DNA of 64,000 nucleotides from Thermomicrobiales bacterium (GTDB lineage Bacteria > Chloroflexota > Chloroflexia > Thermomicrobiales > UBA6265), in NCBI GenBank assembly GCA_023957115.1, contig JAMLHN010000008.1, positions 10,429 through 74,428 of the forward strand. Reading direction: 5' to 3'. Made by a program: the position numbers and the translations under genes. Each line of letters begins with the position of its first letter. The first letter of the stretch is position 1. The notes beneath the pieces were generated by a model. It searched no databases. It was not told the origin of the DNA and was given only the letters and a program-made list of their open reading frames with translations. Of this stretch, positions 1-9,003 are shown piece after piece.

Positions 1-1389
1 CGCGATGCCGCTCGCCATCTTCGCCGATGTAATTGACGTCGAACCGCTCGGGGAGATTGAAGTCGACCTGAATGGTCGGTCCCGTCCATTCCCGGCCCAG
101 CGCATCGACCCATTTGATGTCGATTTTGGGACCGTAGAACGCGCCGCCGCCTTCATCGACCTTGTAGCTCAATCCTCGCCGGTCCATCGCTGTCTTGAGC
201 CGCTCGATGGCGAGATCCCAGACGGCATCGTCGCCGATCGCTTTCTCGGGCCGCGTCGCAAGATATGTCTGAAACTGATAGCCGAAGACGTTGGCCATAT
301 GCTCGGCCAGGTCGATCACCCCTTCGACTTCGTCGATGACCTGTTCGGGCATGCAGAAGATGTGTGCGTCATCCTGGGTAAACCCACGGACGCGCAACAT
401 CCCGTGGAGCGTGCCGGATCGCTCGTATCGATAGACTGTACCGAGCTCAGCGTATCGGACCGGCAGCTCGCGATAGGAGCGCACGTTGCTCTTGTAGATC
501 ATGATGTGGCCGGGGCAGTTCATCGGTTTCAGGTAGTAGTCGACTTCCTCGATCGACATCGGGGAGTACATATTCTCCCGATACGTTTCCAGGTGCCCGG
601 ACATCTTGTAGATCTTTTCTGATGCGATGTGTGGCGTATAGACCAGCTGGTAGCCGCGGTTGAGCTGTTCCTGCTGCTCGAATTGCTCGACCAGATAGCG
701 CACCGTTGCGCCGTTCGGCATCCAGAGGATCAATCCAGGACCGATCTCCTCGGAAACCGTGAAGAGCTCGAGCTCCTTGCCCAGCCGGCGATGGTCCCGG
801 CGTTGCGCTTCCTCCAGTCGCTTGAGATGCTCGTCCAGATCTTCCTGCGTGAACCACGCCGTTCCGTACACGCGCTGCAGCATCGGACGGTTTTCGTCGC
901 CGCGCCAATAGGCGCCGGCCACCGATTGCAGCTTGAATGGGCCAATCCGGTCCGTCGCTTCGACATGCGGACCCCGGCAGAGATCGAGAAACGCGCCCTG
1001 CTGATAGGTCGTGATCGTTTCCCCCTCGGCAAAGCCATTGATCAGCTCGACCTTGTACGGATTCGAACCAAAGAGCTCAAGGGCTTCATCGCGTGTGACC
1101 TCTTTGCGAACGAACGGTTCGGCCGCCTTCTGATGCTGGCGCATCTTGGCTTCGATCGCCTCCAGATCGTCCGAGCTCAGGGGCTGAGGGAGATCCATGT
1201 CGTAGTAGAAGCCGTGCTCGATCGCCGGGCCAATCGCGAATTTGACGTCCGGATGAAGCTCCTGAATCGCCTCGGCCATCAGATGCGCTGCCGAATGCCG
1301 CATCCGCGCAAGCTCGAAATCAGTCGATGCCGTAGGTTCGAAGGCAATATCCATTTCCTCAGAGAGCTCATGCAGATCGGCTTGTGCCA
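1..1389 (-). CDS. thrS: threonine--tRNA ligase (N-terminal part; gene runs off the left edge)
   Basis: I reverse-translated by hand from the ATG at 1389. The product reads MAQADLHELSEEMDIAFEPT..MRHSAAHLMAEA (editing-domain HxxxH)..GAYWRGDENRPMLQRVYG..YYLKPMNCPGHIMIYK. I checked the frame as open from 1389 down to about 480. It is absent from the ORF track because there is no stop inside the window. Confidence 0.92.
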
Positions 1390-1419
1390 TGTCTCTATCG
1401 CTTTCGTTTCATGCGAACC

Positions 1420-1640
1420 AACAAAAAAACCAGGCGCCCCAAGAAGGGACGTCTGGCCGACGTGGTTCCACCCTGATTCAGAATCGGTCCGATTCTCTCA
1501 TTTGCGCCGGTAACGAGGCGAATCGTTCAGGCGCTCCCGGCTGGTTTTCCTTCGCCTGGGGTCTGCCTCCGTTTCAGCTGGTGGGAGGCTCTCTTGCGAT
1601 CCAGGGCGGAGTACTCGTTCCGTTCGTCGCGCCATCGGTA
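1420..1640 (-). promoter_or_regulatory. T-box leader (Thr specifier) with intrinsic terminator, upstream of thrS
   Basis: The minus strand has the T-box core AGGGTGGAACCACG (1461-1474). It is followed by the hairpin CCAGACGTCCC/GGGGCGCCTGG plus a T7 run (1423-1456). Upstream are AGAGAG and GCTGAAAC stem-I-like elements. GGAAA-ACC-A (ACC at 1543-1545) is the candidate specifier. Confidence 0.8.
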
Positions 1641-1680
1641 TTCGATTGACACGGAGCATACGGACCTCGCCGCGTGCTTG

Positions 1681-2934
1681 TCAATCTGGCGGGTCGATGA
1701 GAGAGGCGTCCGGCGTCACCATCTTCACCATTTCCCGCCGTTTCGAGACCTGCAAGCCCTTCCAGATGCAGAATCCGGCAACTGCCGTTGAAATCAATGC
1801 GATCGCACCGCCGATCGGGGGCGAGACCCGGCGACCACGGTCATCGTTGCCGCTTTCGGATGTCTCTCCCGCCATTGGCAGCTCGGCTTCGATTGTGGCT
1901 TCGAGGTCTCCGGCAACAGGAGTGGCGCTTTGGGCATCCTGCGCGTAAACCAGCGCCGCGCCGATCGAGTTTCCGCTTCGACTCTGGGCGAGAATGGTCG
2001 CCGCGTCCGGATCGCGGAAGGAGAGACGATTTCCCGTGATCTGCCTGCCGGCTGACTCGCGATCCGCTTTTGCCTGGAAGGCGTAGTCGAGCAAGATCTG
2101 ATTGTCCTGATACCAGATGTCAGGTGCTGTCCCATCGAGGGTTACCGAGATCATGGTCGAACCGTTGCGCGTTGCGACCTCGATCAGGCAGTAGCCGGCT
2201 TCGTCGTCGTATCCGGTCTTGCCGCCAATCAGCCCCACATAGTTGTTGAGTAGCTTGTTGGTATTCGAAACGTAGTACGACCCGTTCGCCGTGCTGTAGC
2301 CGCTCGTCCCGATCAGCTTCTGAAACGTCGGATACTGCATCGCGTACATAACGAACGTTGCGATGTCACGAGCCGTCGAGTAGTGGTTCTCCTCACTCAG
2401 TCCATGTGGGTTCCGTAGATGAGTGTTGGTCAACCCCATATCCAGGACGCGCTGGTTGATCAATCCCATGAAGTGATCGACTGCTTCGTCGTCGGACGCG
2501 CCGTCCTGGTACCCAAGCGAGCGCGCAATGGCGTGGGCGGCATCGTTTCCGGACGGAAGCATCATGCCGTAGAGGAGATCCTGGAGGGAAAATGTCTCTC
2601 CGGGCCCGAACCCCATTGTGGTCGAATCCGCACCAAAGAGATCGGAGCTCGATGTGGTGATCTGCTGGTCGAGATTGCCGATCTCGAGCGCTTCGATCGT
2701 CGTGAAGACTTTGGTCAGACTGGCGATTGGAACCTGCTCGTCGGCATTGTGCTCGACAAAAACCTCACCCGTGTCGGCATCTACGACGATGTACCGCTTG
2801 GATGAGATTCCGGAAAGCTCGGTGACCTGGGCCGAAGTGGGGGCAAGCGCACCAAGGACCAACCCGGCGAACAAAACCAATGCTCCGAAGAATCGGACCA
2901 GAGTTCCAGCGTGGAGGGTCGAGGGGAAGGTCAT
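1681..2934 (-). CDS. D-alanyl-D-alanine carboxypeptidase (peptidase S11, PBP5-like), signal peptide and C-terminal membrane anchor
   Basis: The SxxK (SLTK), SGN (PSGNDAA) and KTG (GGKTGYDD) motifs are present. I moved the start to the ATG at 2934 (MTFPSTLHAG..signal-like) because the longer track ORF (to 3081) reads through the tRNA gene. Confidence 0.85.
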   Translation of the reverse strand: MTFPSTLHAGTLVRFFGALVLFAGLVLGALAPTSAQVTELSGISSKRYIVVDADTGEVFVEHNADEQVPIASLTKVFTTIEALEIGNLDQQITTSSSDLFGADSTTMGFGPGETFSLQDLLYGMMLPSGNDAAHAIARSLGYQDGASDDEAVDHFMGLINQRVLDMGLTNTHLRNPHGLSEENHYSTARDIATFVMYAMQYPTFQKLIGTSGYSTANGSYYVSNTNKLLNNYVGLIGGKTGYDDEAGYCLIEVATRNGSTMISVTLDGTAPDIWYQDNQILLDYAFQAKADRESAGRQITGNRLSFRDPDAATILAQSRSGNSIGAALVYAQDAQSATPVAGDLEATIEAELPMAGETSESGNDDRGRRVSPPIGGAIALISTAVAGFCIWKGLQVSKRREMVKMVTPDASLIDPPD

Positions 2935-3039
2935 CGTCGAGCTAGGGGATCCGTCGCATTCTGCTGGCGCTCCGTTTGCATGCCGGCATGACCACGCCGT
3001 CAAGCAAAACGCCCGCTCCTGCGAGCGGGCGTTCAGAGG

Positions 3040-3113
3040 TGGGCGATACTGGACTCGAACCAGTGACCTCCACGATGTCAACGTGGCGCTCTAACCAGCT
3101 GAGCTAACCGCCC
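3040..3113 (-). tRNA. tRNA-Val (anticodon GAC)
   Basis: The minus strand reads GGGCGGTTAGCTCAGCTGGTTAGAGCGCCACGTTGACATCGTGGAGGTCACTGGTTCGAGTCCAGTATCGCCCA. It folds as a cloverleaf with a 7-bp acceptor stem, anticodon loop TTGACAT and a GTTCGAGTC T-loop. CCA is not encoded. Confidence 0.9.
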
Positions 3114-3129
3114 ATTCAGCCGGGTTGTG

Positions 3130-3160
3130 ATTATAGAGGATAGAGGTCCGGTTTGTACAA
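3130..3160 (-). promoter_or_regulatory. candidate sigma-70-type promoter for tRNA-Val
   Basis: The minus strand reads TTGTAC(A)-18/19 nt-TATAAT. The perfect -10 (3130-3135) ends 16 nt before the tRNA 5' end. Confidence 0.45.
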
Positions 3161-3223
3161 GCCGGCTTCCTGTATCGCGTCCGAGGTTGGACGATTGCCC
3201 CGCGGGTCGCCTGCGTCGCCCGT

Positions 3224-3676
3224 TCAATGACCGAGCATTCGGACCGAGTTCGAACGCCGGTGCCAGCGGTACGTGATCGAGCCGAAGAGCGATCCCAGAC
3301 GCGCCGCCTCGGCACGGAGTGGCTTCAGCTCTTCCTGGCGCACCTTCCATTTGCCCTGCACCTGATTGATGACGAGCTGGCTGTCGCCGTCGACGCGCAC
3401 ATGCTCGACTGCGGCACGTTCGCCCAGCGTCGCTTTCAGGAAGGAGAGCGCTTCGATGAGCGTGCGGTACTCGGCCTGATTATTGGTCATCGCCGTTCCC
3501 ACATCCGAATAGTCGCGCCGTTCGAGAAGCTCGCGACCGGCTGGGTTAGCAATGTGAAAGCTTCCGTACCCTTTGCCGGGATTCGGATCGGCGCCGCCAT
3601 CGAATGTCACGACGTAGGGATTCGATGGGCTCGAAAGCGGGGTGGGGGCGCCCGCTTCGGCGCCCCCGAGTGTCAA
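3224..3676 (-). CDS. rnhA: ribonuclease HI (RNase H type 1 fold)
   Basis: The product contains YVVTFDGGADPNPGKGYGSF..NNQAEYRTLIEAL..VDGDSQLVINQ, carrying the DEDD-type RNase H catalytic residues. The ATG-initiated track ORF overlaps the upstream gene. I therefore propose the in-frame TTG at 3676, 12 nt after the EF-G stop. The start is uncertain. Confidence 0.75.
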   Translation of the reverse strand: MTLGGAEAGAPTPLSSPSNPYVVTFDGGADPNPGKGYGSFHIANPAGRELLERRDYSDVGTAMTNNQAEYRTLIEALSFLKATLGERAAVEHVRVDGDSQLVINQVQGKWKVRQEELKPLRAEAARLGSLFGSITYRWHRRSNSVRMLGH

Positions 3677-3687
3677 TTGTCGTTGGC

Positions 3688-5769
3688 TCAAGCAGCCGAT
3701 TCCTCTCTCTCCCGTGCCATTGCCTTGATCTGCTCTGCCAGATTGGGTGGAACGGGTTGATAGTGTGAGAACTCGCTGGTAAACGATCCGCGTCCCTGGG
3801 TGATCGAGCGCAGGTCGGTGGCGTACCGCTGAATCTCGGCGCCCGGAACGGTCGCCTCGATGCACGTCGAACCGCTTTCCTCGGGATTCATACCACTTAC
3901 GTGCGCTCGCTTGGCGTTGAGATCGCTCATAACATCGCCGGTAAAGTTGTCGGGTACGACCACGGCGACCGTCATGACTGGTTCGAGGAGAATCGGGCGC
4001 CCCATCAGAATCCCCTTCTTGAAGGCTTCTTTGGACGCGATTTTGAATGCCATTTCGTTCGAGTCGACGTCGTGATAGCTACCGTCGTACAGCGTGACTT
4101 TGACATTCACCACCGGATACCCGGCGACCGGCCCGGCATCGAGCGCCTCGCGCACCCCCTTCTCGACCGCGGGAAAGAAGTTCTTCGGTACCGCGCCACC
4201 GACCACGCGATCGGTGAATTCGAACTCGGTCTCCTCCAGCGGCTCGAGCTCCAGGAAGACGTGTCCGTACTGCCCGGCGCCGCCCGTCTGCTTCTTGTGT
4301 TTGTACTCAGAGGTGACCTTCGCAGAAATCGTTTCGCGATATTGCACGCGCGGCAGCCCCAGCTCGACGTTCACGCTATACCGGCGGGTCATGCGCTCAA
4401 GGGCAATCTGGATATGCGGTTCGCCCAATCCAGACAGGATCGATTCGCCGGTAACGCTGTCGCGGCCAAGCTGAAGCGTGGGGTCTTCCTCGACGATGCG
4501 GTGCAGCGCCTGCCCCAATTTGTCGAGGTCGGCTTTGGTCTTGGGATTGACGGCCGCCGAATAGGACGGCTTCATGAAGTCGATGCGCTCCAGCGTGAGA
4601 TGGTGATTCTCGTCGCTCAGCGTATCGCCGGTATGCGTAACCGAGAGTTTCCCAATTGCGCCGATATCGCCCGCTTCGACGGCGTCCGTGTTGATGTGTT
4701 CCTTGCCGCGGGAATAGAAGGCATGACCAATGCGCTCGCTCTTGTCTGCGGTCGTGTTGTAGACCGATCCGTTCGACTTGAATGAACCCGAGAAGACTCG
4801 GAAATAGGAAACGCGCCCGACGTGTGGGTCGGCAACGGTCTTGAAGACAAGAGCCGCCAGCGGACCGGTTGGGTCGGCCGGCAGCGTTTCCTCGCCGTTG
4901 TCGCCGGTCGCGACGACCGTCCGTGCCGAGGCCGCTGGAACGTACTGGATGATGGCATTCAGGAGACGGTCGACCCCCTTCATGCTCGATCCCGCCCCGG
5001 CGAAGACGGGAACCATGTTCCCGGCCGCAATGGCGACCTCCACCGCGTGGCGCAGGTCCTCGTCACTGATCTCTTCGTCGTTGAGATACCGCTCCAGAAG
5101 TACTTCGTCGGAATCGGCTGCAGCTTCGATCAGTTGCCCGCGTGCCTCACGAACTGGCCGTTTGAACTCATCGGGAATCTCGCTTTCGATCGACTTGCCG
5201 GGATTCTCCTCATCGATCAGGTATGCGCGGCCGGAGAGGATATCCGCCACACCGCGGAACGACTTTTCCGATCCGATCGGAAGCTGCAGCGGGCCGACGG
5301 TTGGTCCATAGACGGCGCGCGCGGAATCGATCGTGCGGCTGAAGTCCGCATTGTCCCGATCCATCTTGTTGACGAAGATGATCTTCGGAACACCGGCAGC
5401 GGTCGCAAGCGACCACGCTTTCTCGCTGCCAACCTCGACCCCTGCCGACGCATCGAGCAGGATGACGGCGGCGTCCACGACGGCCAGGGCGGACTGGACT
5501 TCACCCAGAAAGTCCGCATAGCCGGGTACATCGATGACGTTGATCTTGTGATCGTCGTACTCGACTGGGGCGAGCGCCAAAGAGATCGACATCCCACGTT
5601 TGATCTCGTCGACGTCGAAATCGGTGACGGTGTTTCCGTCTTCCACCTTGCCGAGGCGGGTTGTGGCGCCCGAGACGTGCAGCATCGCCTCAGCCAATGA
5701 CGTCTTTCCCGCACCGCCATGCGAGAAGAGGCCAATGTTTCGGATCTTTTCTGCTGAGTAGTGCTTCAC
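3688..5769 (-). CDS. elongation factor G family GTPase (EF-G paralogue; not in an rpsL-rpsG-fusA-tuf context)
   Basis: The 693-aa product has G1 SHGGAGKTS, DVPGYADF and NKMD motifs, and the EF-G domain II-V region is recognisable. It uses a GTG start with GAAGGAGA 5 nt upstream. Confidence 0.88.
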   Translation of the reverse strand: MKHYSAEKIRNIGLFSHGGAGKTSLAEAMLHVSGATTRLGKVEDGNTVTDFDVDEIKRGMSISLALAPVEYDDHKINVIDVPGYADFLGEVQSALAVVDAAVILLDASAGVEVGSEKAWSLATAAGVPKIIFVNKMDRDNADFSRTIDSARAVYGPTVGPLQLPIGSEKSFRGVADILSGRAYLIDEENPGKSIESEIPDEFKRPVREARGQLIEAAADSDEVLLERYLNDEEISDEDLRHAVEVAIAAGNMVPVFAGAGSSMKGVDRLLNAIIQYVPAASARTVVATGDNGEETLPADPTGPLAALVFKTVADPHVGRVSYFRVFSGSFKSNGSVYNTTADKSERIGHAFYSRGKEHINTDAVEAGDIGAIGKLSVTHTGDTLSDENHHLTLERIDFMKPSYSAAVNPKTKADLDKLGQALHRIVEEDPTLQLGRDSVTGESILSGLGEPHIQIALERMTRRYSVNVELGLPRVQYRETISAKVTSEYKHKKQTGGAGQYGHVFLELEPLEETEFEFTDRVVGGAVPKNFFPAVEKGVREALDAGPVAGYPVVNVKVTLYDGSYHDVDSNEMAFKIASKEAFKKGILMGRPILLEPVMTVAVVVPDNFTGDVMSDLNAKRAHVSGMNPEESGSTCIEATVPGAEIQRYATDLRSITQGRGSFTSEFSHYQPVPPNLAEQIKAMAREREESAA

Positions 5770-5793
5770 GGGGTCTCCTTCATCGAGAGCCGT

Positions 5794-5928
5794 TCAGGCT
5801 AAGCCGACCATCGTACCGCGATGGTTCCGAGGAATACGTAGATGCGACCGCGCGCCCGCCATCGCTGCGCACCATACCTGGGTGCTCAGATTCGGCCGGC
5901 GGCTTCGGTTTGCGGATCGTCTGCGCAT
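5794..5928 (-). CDS. candidate 44-codon Arg-rich upstream ORF (leader peptide or small protein) ahead of the EF-G paralogue
   Basis: AGGAGG lies 6 nt before the ATG. The product is MRRRSANRSRRPNLSTQVWCAAMAGARSHLRIPRNHRGTMVGLA. It sits about 35 nt downstream of a canonical -10 and ends 24 nt before the EF-G GTG. It is too short for the ORF track, and coding status is unproven. Confidence 0.3.
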   Translation of the reverse strand: MRRRSANRSRRPNLSTQVWCAAMAGARSHLRIPRNHRGTMVGLA

Positions 5929-5964
5929 GGCAGACCTCCTATCGTCGCAAGCTATCGTGGGGTC

Positions 5965-5994
5965 ATTATAGAAATGTGAAGGCGTTGCTCACAA
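5965..5994 (-). promoter_or_regulatory. candidate sigma-70-type promoter (TTGTGA-18-TATAAT)
   Basis: The minus strand has a perfect TATAAT at 5965-5970 and TTGTGA at 5989-5994. Confidence 0.5.
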
Positions 5995-6004
5995 ACCCGG
6001 TTGC

Positions 6005-6796
6005 TCAGATCTCGCTCACTGCTTGCTGGCGGCGGGTGATGACGCGGAGCCCGTCTAGCGTCAGATTCGGTTCATAGGGTCCTAGCGCCGTCGAGTGATT
6101 GGCGAAAAGCGCACCGTTCCCGCCGGTCAGGATCACCGTCTCGCAACCACCGAGCTCGTCGCGTGCCATATCGACCAGCCCTTCGACCATCTTGAGATGA
6201 CCCAGCACCACGCCGGCTTGAATTGCACTGGTGGTATTGCGTCCGATCGCGTTCCGTGGAATCTCGATTGGCACGGCGTAGAGCCGGGACGCCCGTGATG
6301 CCAGCGCGTCCATACTGACACCGAGACCCGTGGCGATCGCGCCGCCCAGGAAGCGGCCATTCCGGTCGAGCGCATCGACCTTGGTTGCCGTCCCGAAGTC
6401 GACCATGATGGCCGGTCGGCCGTACCGGGCGTCGACCGCGACGGCGTTGGTGAGTCGATCGGTTCCAGTCTCGAAGGGTTGATCGGTTGCCACGTCGATT
6501 CCCAATGGAAGATTGGCCGAAACGACGAGTGGCTGTGTTTCGAACCGTTGCCGGACGTACTCGGTGAGACTCTGGGTGATAGCGGGCACAACGCTGCACA
6601 TGGTGATCTGGCAATCCCGGCACGACAGATGCTCGAAGTGAGCATCGAGCAGCGCGTGCCATTCGTCCGCGGTGCGGTCGCGCGCGGATGAGAAGCGAAA
6701 CGTTCGTGTCCACGGACTGGAAAGGTCGGCGGACAATCCGATATGCACATTGGTGTTTCCAACGTCGATTGCCAGGAACACGTGTTTCCCTTCCAC
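6005..6796 (-). CDS. coaX: type III pantothenate kinase
   Basis: The N-terminus has FLAIDVGNTNVHIGL (ASKHA phosphate-1 motif). The length (263 aa) and the GTATKVDA and LTGGNG motifs are typical of CoaX. Confidence 0.9.
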   Translation of the reverse strand: MEGKHVFLAIDVGNTNVHIGLSADLSSPWTRTFRFSSARDRTADEWHALLDAHFEHLSCRDCQITMCSVVPAITQSLTEYVRQRFETQPLVVSANLPLGIDVATDQPFETGTDRLTNAVAVDARYGRPAIMVDFGTATKVDALDRNGRFLGGAIATGLGVSMDALASRASRLYAVPIEIPRNAIGRNTTSAIQAGVVLGHLKMVEGLVDMARDELGGCETVILTGGNGALFANHSTALGPYEPNLTLDGLRVITRRQQAVSEI

Positions 6797-6906
6797 TTCC
6801 TCGGGCCGCGGCCATGCTGGCCCATGCGAACGAATGGAACGTATTATCTGGCGAGTCGAATCCGGGCGTTGTCCGGAGCTGTGAACACTGCATCTGAGAA
6901 CGCTCT

Positions 6907-8169
6907 ATGAATGAGATGACTGTTCGAAAGCCGGTGCTGCTGACATTCCTTATCAGCATCTTCGCGCTTACCGCCGTTACTGCCTTCTTTTTGGGGGCGC
7001 TGGCCCAACGTGAATGGCTCCCGGATATGCTGGGGACCGAGCCGTCGATCAGCGCGGCGAGCTCCAACGACACCGGCTTTTCTCGTCTTGCCGAAGTCGA
7101 GCGGCTGATTGCAGAGGAGTACTACGGACGCCCGGAAGACGCGGAGGGCTCGCAGGAGTTTTGGACTGGGCTCGAAGGCGACGCGTTGCAGGGACTGGCC
7201 AGCGGTCTTGATGGCTACTCGACGTACCTCCCTCCGGAAGACCAGAAAGTAGCTGCTGATCAGCTTGCCGGCACCTTCGAAGGTATCGGTGTGTGGGTGG
7301 CGACCCGCGACGGAAAGATGACCATCGTTGCCCCAATTCCGGGGTCGCCCGCGGAGAAAGCTGGAATTCTGGCCGGTGACGTGATTCTCGAAATCGACGG
7401 TACCACCGTCGAGGGGTATAGCGATTCGGAGGCCCTCGAACTGCTCAAGGGACCCGCTGGGGAGACGGTTTCTCTGGTGCTTCAGCGGGGTTCCGATCCG
7501 CCGGCGACCGTCGAGGTGGAACGGGAGCGCATCCCGATTCCAGTGGTGACCTATCGTCTGGATGAAGCATCGAATGTTGGCATCATCACGATCGTCGTGT
7601 TCGGCGACAAGACGGCTGCCGAGCTCGACGCGGCGATCACCGCAGCAAAGGCGGATGGGGTGACCGGCCTGGTGCTCGATCTGCGGAACAATGGTGGGGG
7701 ATGGGTGCATAGCGCCCAGCAAACCATCGGGCGATTCGTACCGGAGGATGCGGGCGCGGCGCTGGTCGAGGATTTCGATCCCTATGGCGAAGGAGACGAA
7801 ATTGCCCAGCCGATCATCTCGGGCGATATCGACGCGTACGATATACCGCTCGTTGTCTTGGTGAACAACGGTACGGCGAGCTCGGCCGAAATTGTCGCCG
7901 GAGCGCTCCACGACTACGAGCGGGCGACCATCATCGGCCAGACGACGTTCGGTAAGGGGTCGGTGCAGCGGGTACACGAGTTCGAGGATGGGTCGTCGTT
8001 CCGCTTGACATTCGCGCACTGGTTCACACCCGATGGTCACGCCATCGACAAGGTCGGAATTGCTCCCGATATCGACGTGTCCGAGACGCCACCAACCGAA
8101 AGAGGCGATGCGCAGATGGAGGCAGCGATTCAGTTCCTGACCGCGTCGATCGCTACCCCGGTCGCATAA
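6907..8169 (+). CDS. carboxyl-terminal processing protease (peptidase S41) with PDZ domain
   Basis: There is an N-terminal TM helix, a PDZ domain (GSPAEKAGILAGDVILEIDG), LDLRNNGGG, the catalytic region NNGTASSAEIVAGAL, and TFGKGSVQ. Confidence 0.9.
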   Translation: MNEMTVRKPVLLTFLISIFALTAVTAFFLGALAQREWLPDMLGTEPSISAASSNDTGFSRLAEVERLIAEEYYGRPEDAEGSQEFWTGLEGDALQGLASGLDGYSTYLPPEDQKVAADQLAGTFEGIGVWVATRDGKMTIVAPIPGSPAEKAGILAGDVILEIDGTTVEGYSDSEALELLKGPAGETVSLVLQRGSDPPATVEVERERIPIPVVTYRLDEASNVGIITIVVFGDKTAAELDAAITAAKADGVTGLVLDLRNNGGGWVHSAQQTIGRFVPEDAGAALVEDFDPYGEGDEIAQPIISGDIDAYDIPLVVLVNNGTASSAEIVAGALHDYERATIIGQTTFGKGSVQRVHEFEDGSSFRLTFAHWFTPDGHAIDKVGIAPDIDVSETPPTERGDAQMEAAIQFLTASIATPVA

Positions 8170-8241
8170 TGGCTGATTCGATAACAAGGAATTTACAGAG
8201 CGCTTACCGGGGGGTAACGGAAGCTCCGTAGAGTTGCGGTC

Positions 8242-9003
8242 GTGATGAGCGACCGAACGATCGAGCACAATCCAGGACCAGGTGCGATCACCTTGCCACC
8301 GGCCGACAGCGGCTCGATTCTGCTGGTGGAGGACGATCCGACGCTTCGCAGCACAACGACGTACAACCTCATTCGGTGCGGATATCGGGTCACGAGCGCG
8401 GCAGACGGTCAGTCTGCGCTCCGGGAGTTTGACAACAAGATCGATGAGCTCGACCTCGTCGTCCTCGATCTCATGCTTCCCGAAGTAAGCGGGTTGACGG
8501 TCTTGCGTCAGATTCGATCCCGAAGCGACGTTCCGGTCCTCATCGTTTCGGCCCGTGGAGAAGAGCAAGACAAGATCGACGGTCTCGAGCTCGGAGCCGA
8601 CGACTACATCGTCAAGCCATTCGCATTGGGTGAATTCATTGCCCGGGTGCGCTCGGCGTTGCGGCGCAGAGCGATTCCGCCAGCTCGAACGCCCTCCATT
8701 CTGCATCGAGGTCTCCTGACCATCGAGCTCGAAAGCCAGCGTGCGCATTTTCAGGGCGTAGAGCTTTCGTTGAGTCGCAAGGAGTTTGGGCTGCTTCGCG
8801 AGCTGGCGCTCTCGCCCGGGCTGGTGTTCAGTCGCCAGCAGCTGCTCGACGCGGTTTGGGGCACGGACATCTTTGTCGATGAGCGGACGATCGATGTCCA
8901 CATGTCCTGGTTGCGGACGAAGATCCGCTCAGTTGGTGGTGGAGACTCGATGATCCGCACCGTCTATGGGTCGGGGTATGCGTTCGAGGCGCCTACAGCA
9001 TGA
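8242..9003 (+). CDS. OmpR/PhoB-family response regulator (receiver plus winged-helix)
   Basis: The product contains ILLVEDDPTLR..DLVVLDLMLPEVSG..VSARGEE.DKIDGLELGADDYIVKPF, with a C-terminal trans_reg_C-like region (LSRKEFGLLRELA..VDVHMSWLRTKI). It lies directly upstream of the pst operon. No histidine kinase is adjacent. Confidence 0.88.
   Translation: MMSDRTIEHNPGPGAITLPPADSGSILLVEDDPTLRSTTTYNLIRCGYRVTSAADGQSALREFDNKIDELDLVVLDLMLPEVSGLTVLRQIRSRSDVPVLIVSARGEEQDKIDGLELGADDYIVKPFALGEFIARVRSALRRRAIPPARTPSILHRGLLTIELESQRAHFQGVELSLSRKEFGLLRELALSPGLVFSRQQLLDAVWGTDIFVDERTIDVHMSWLRTKIRSVGGGDSMIRTVYGSGYAFEAPTA

Noticed and set aside
5-1513. Plus-strand ORFs of 205 and 294 aa at the left edge.
   Set aside because: They are antisense to thrS, whose minus-strand translation shows the KPMNCPGH and HxxxH ThrRS motifs. 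The plus-strand products have no recognisable features.
2935-3081. N-terminal extension of the DD-carboxypeptidase ORF (track start 3081).
   Set aside because: The extension reads straight through the tRNA-Val gene (MTSWRSLVRVQYRPP is the translated T-arm). An ATG at 2934 followed by a signal peptide is the sensible start.
6844-8901. A 685-aa ORF on the minus strand spanning the Ctp protease and response-regulator genes.
   Set aside because: It is antisense to two genes with unmistakable domain signatures. Its product is Arg/Gly/Pro-rich with no recognisable motif. This is a typical shadow ORF of high-GC DNA, where stop codons are rare in antisense frames.
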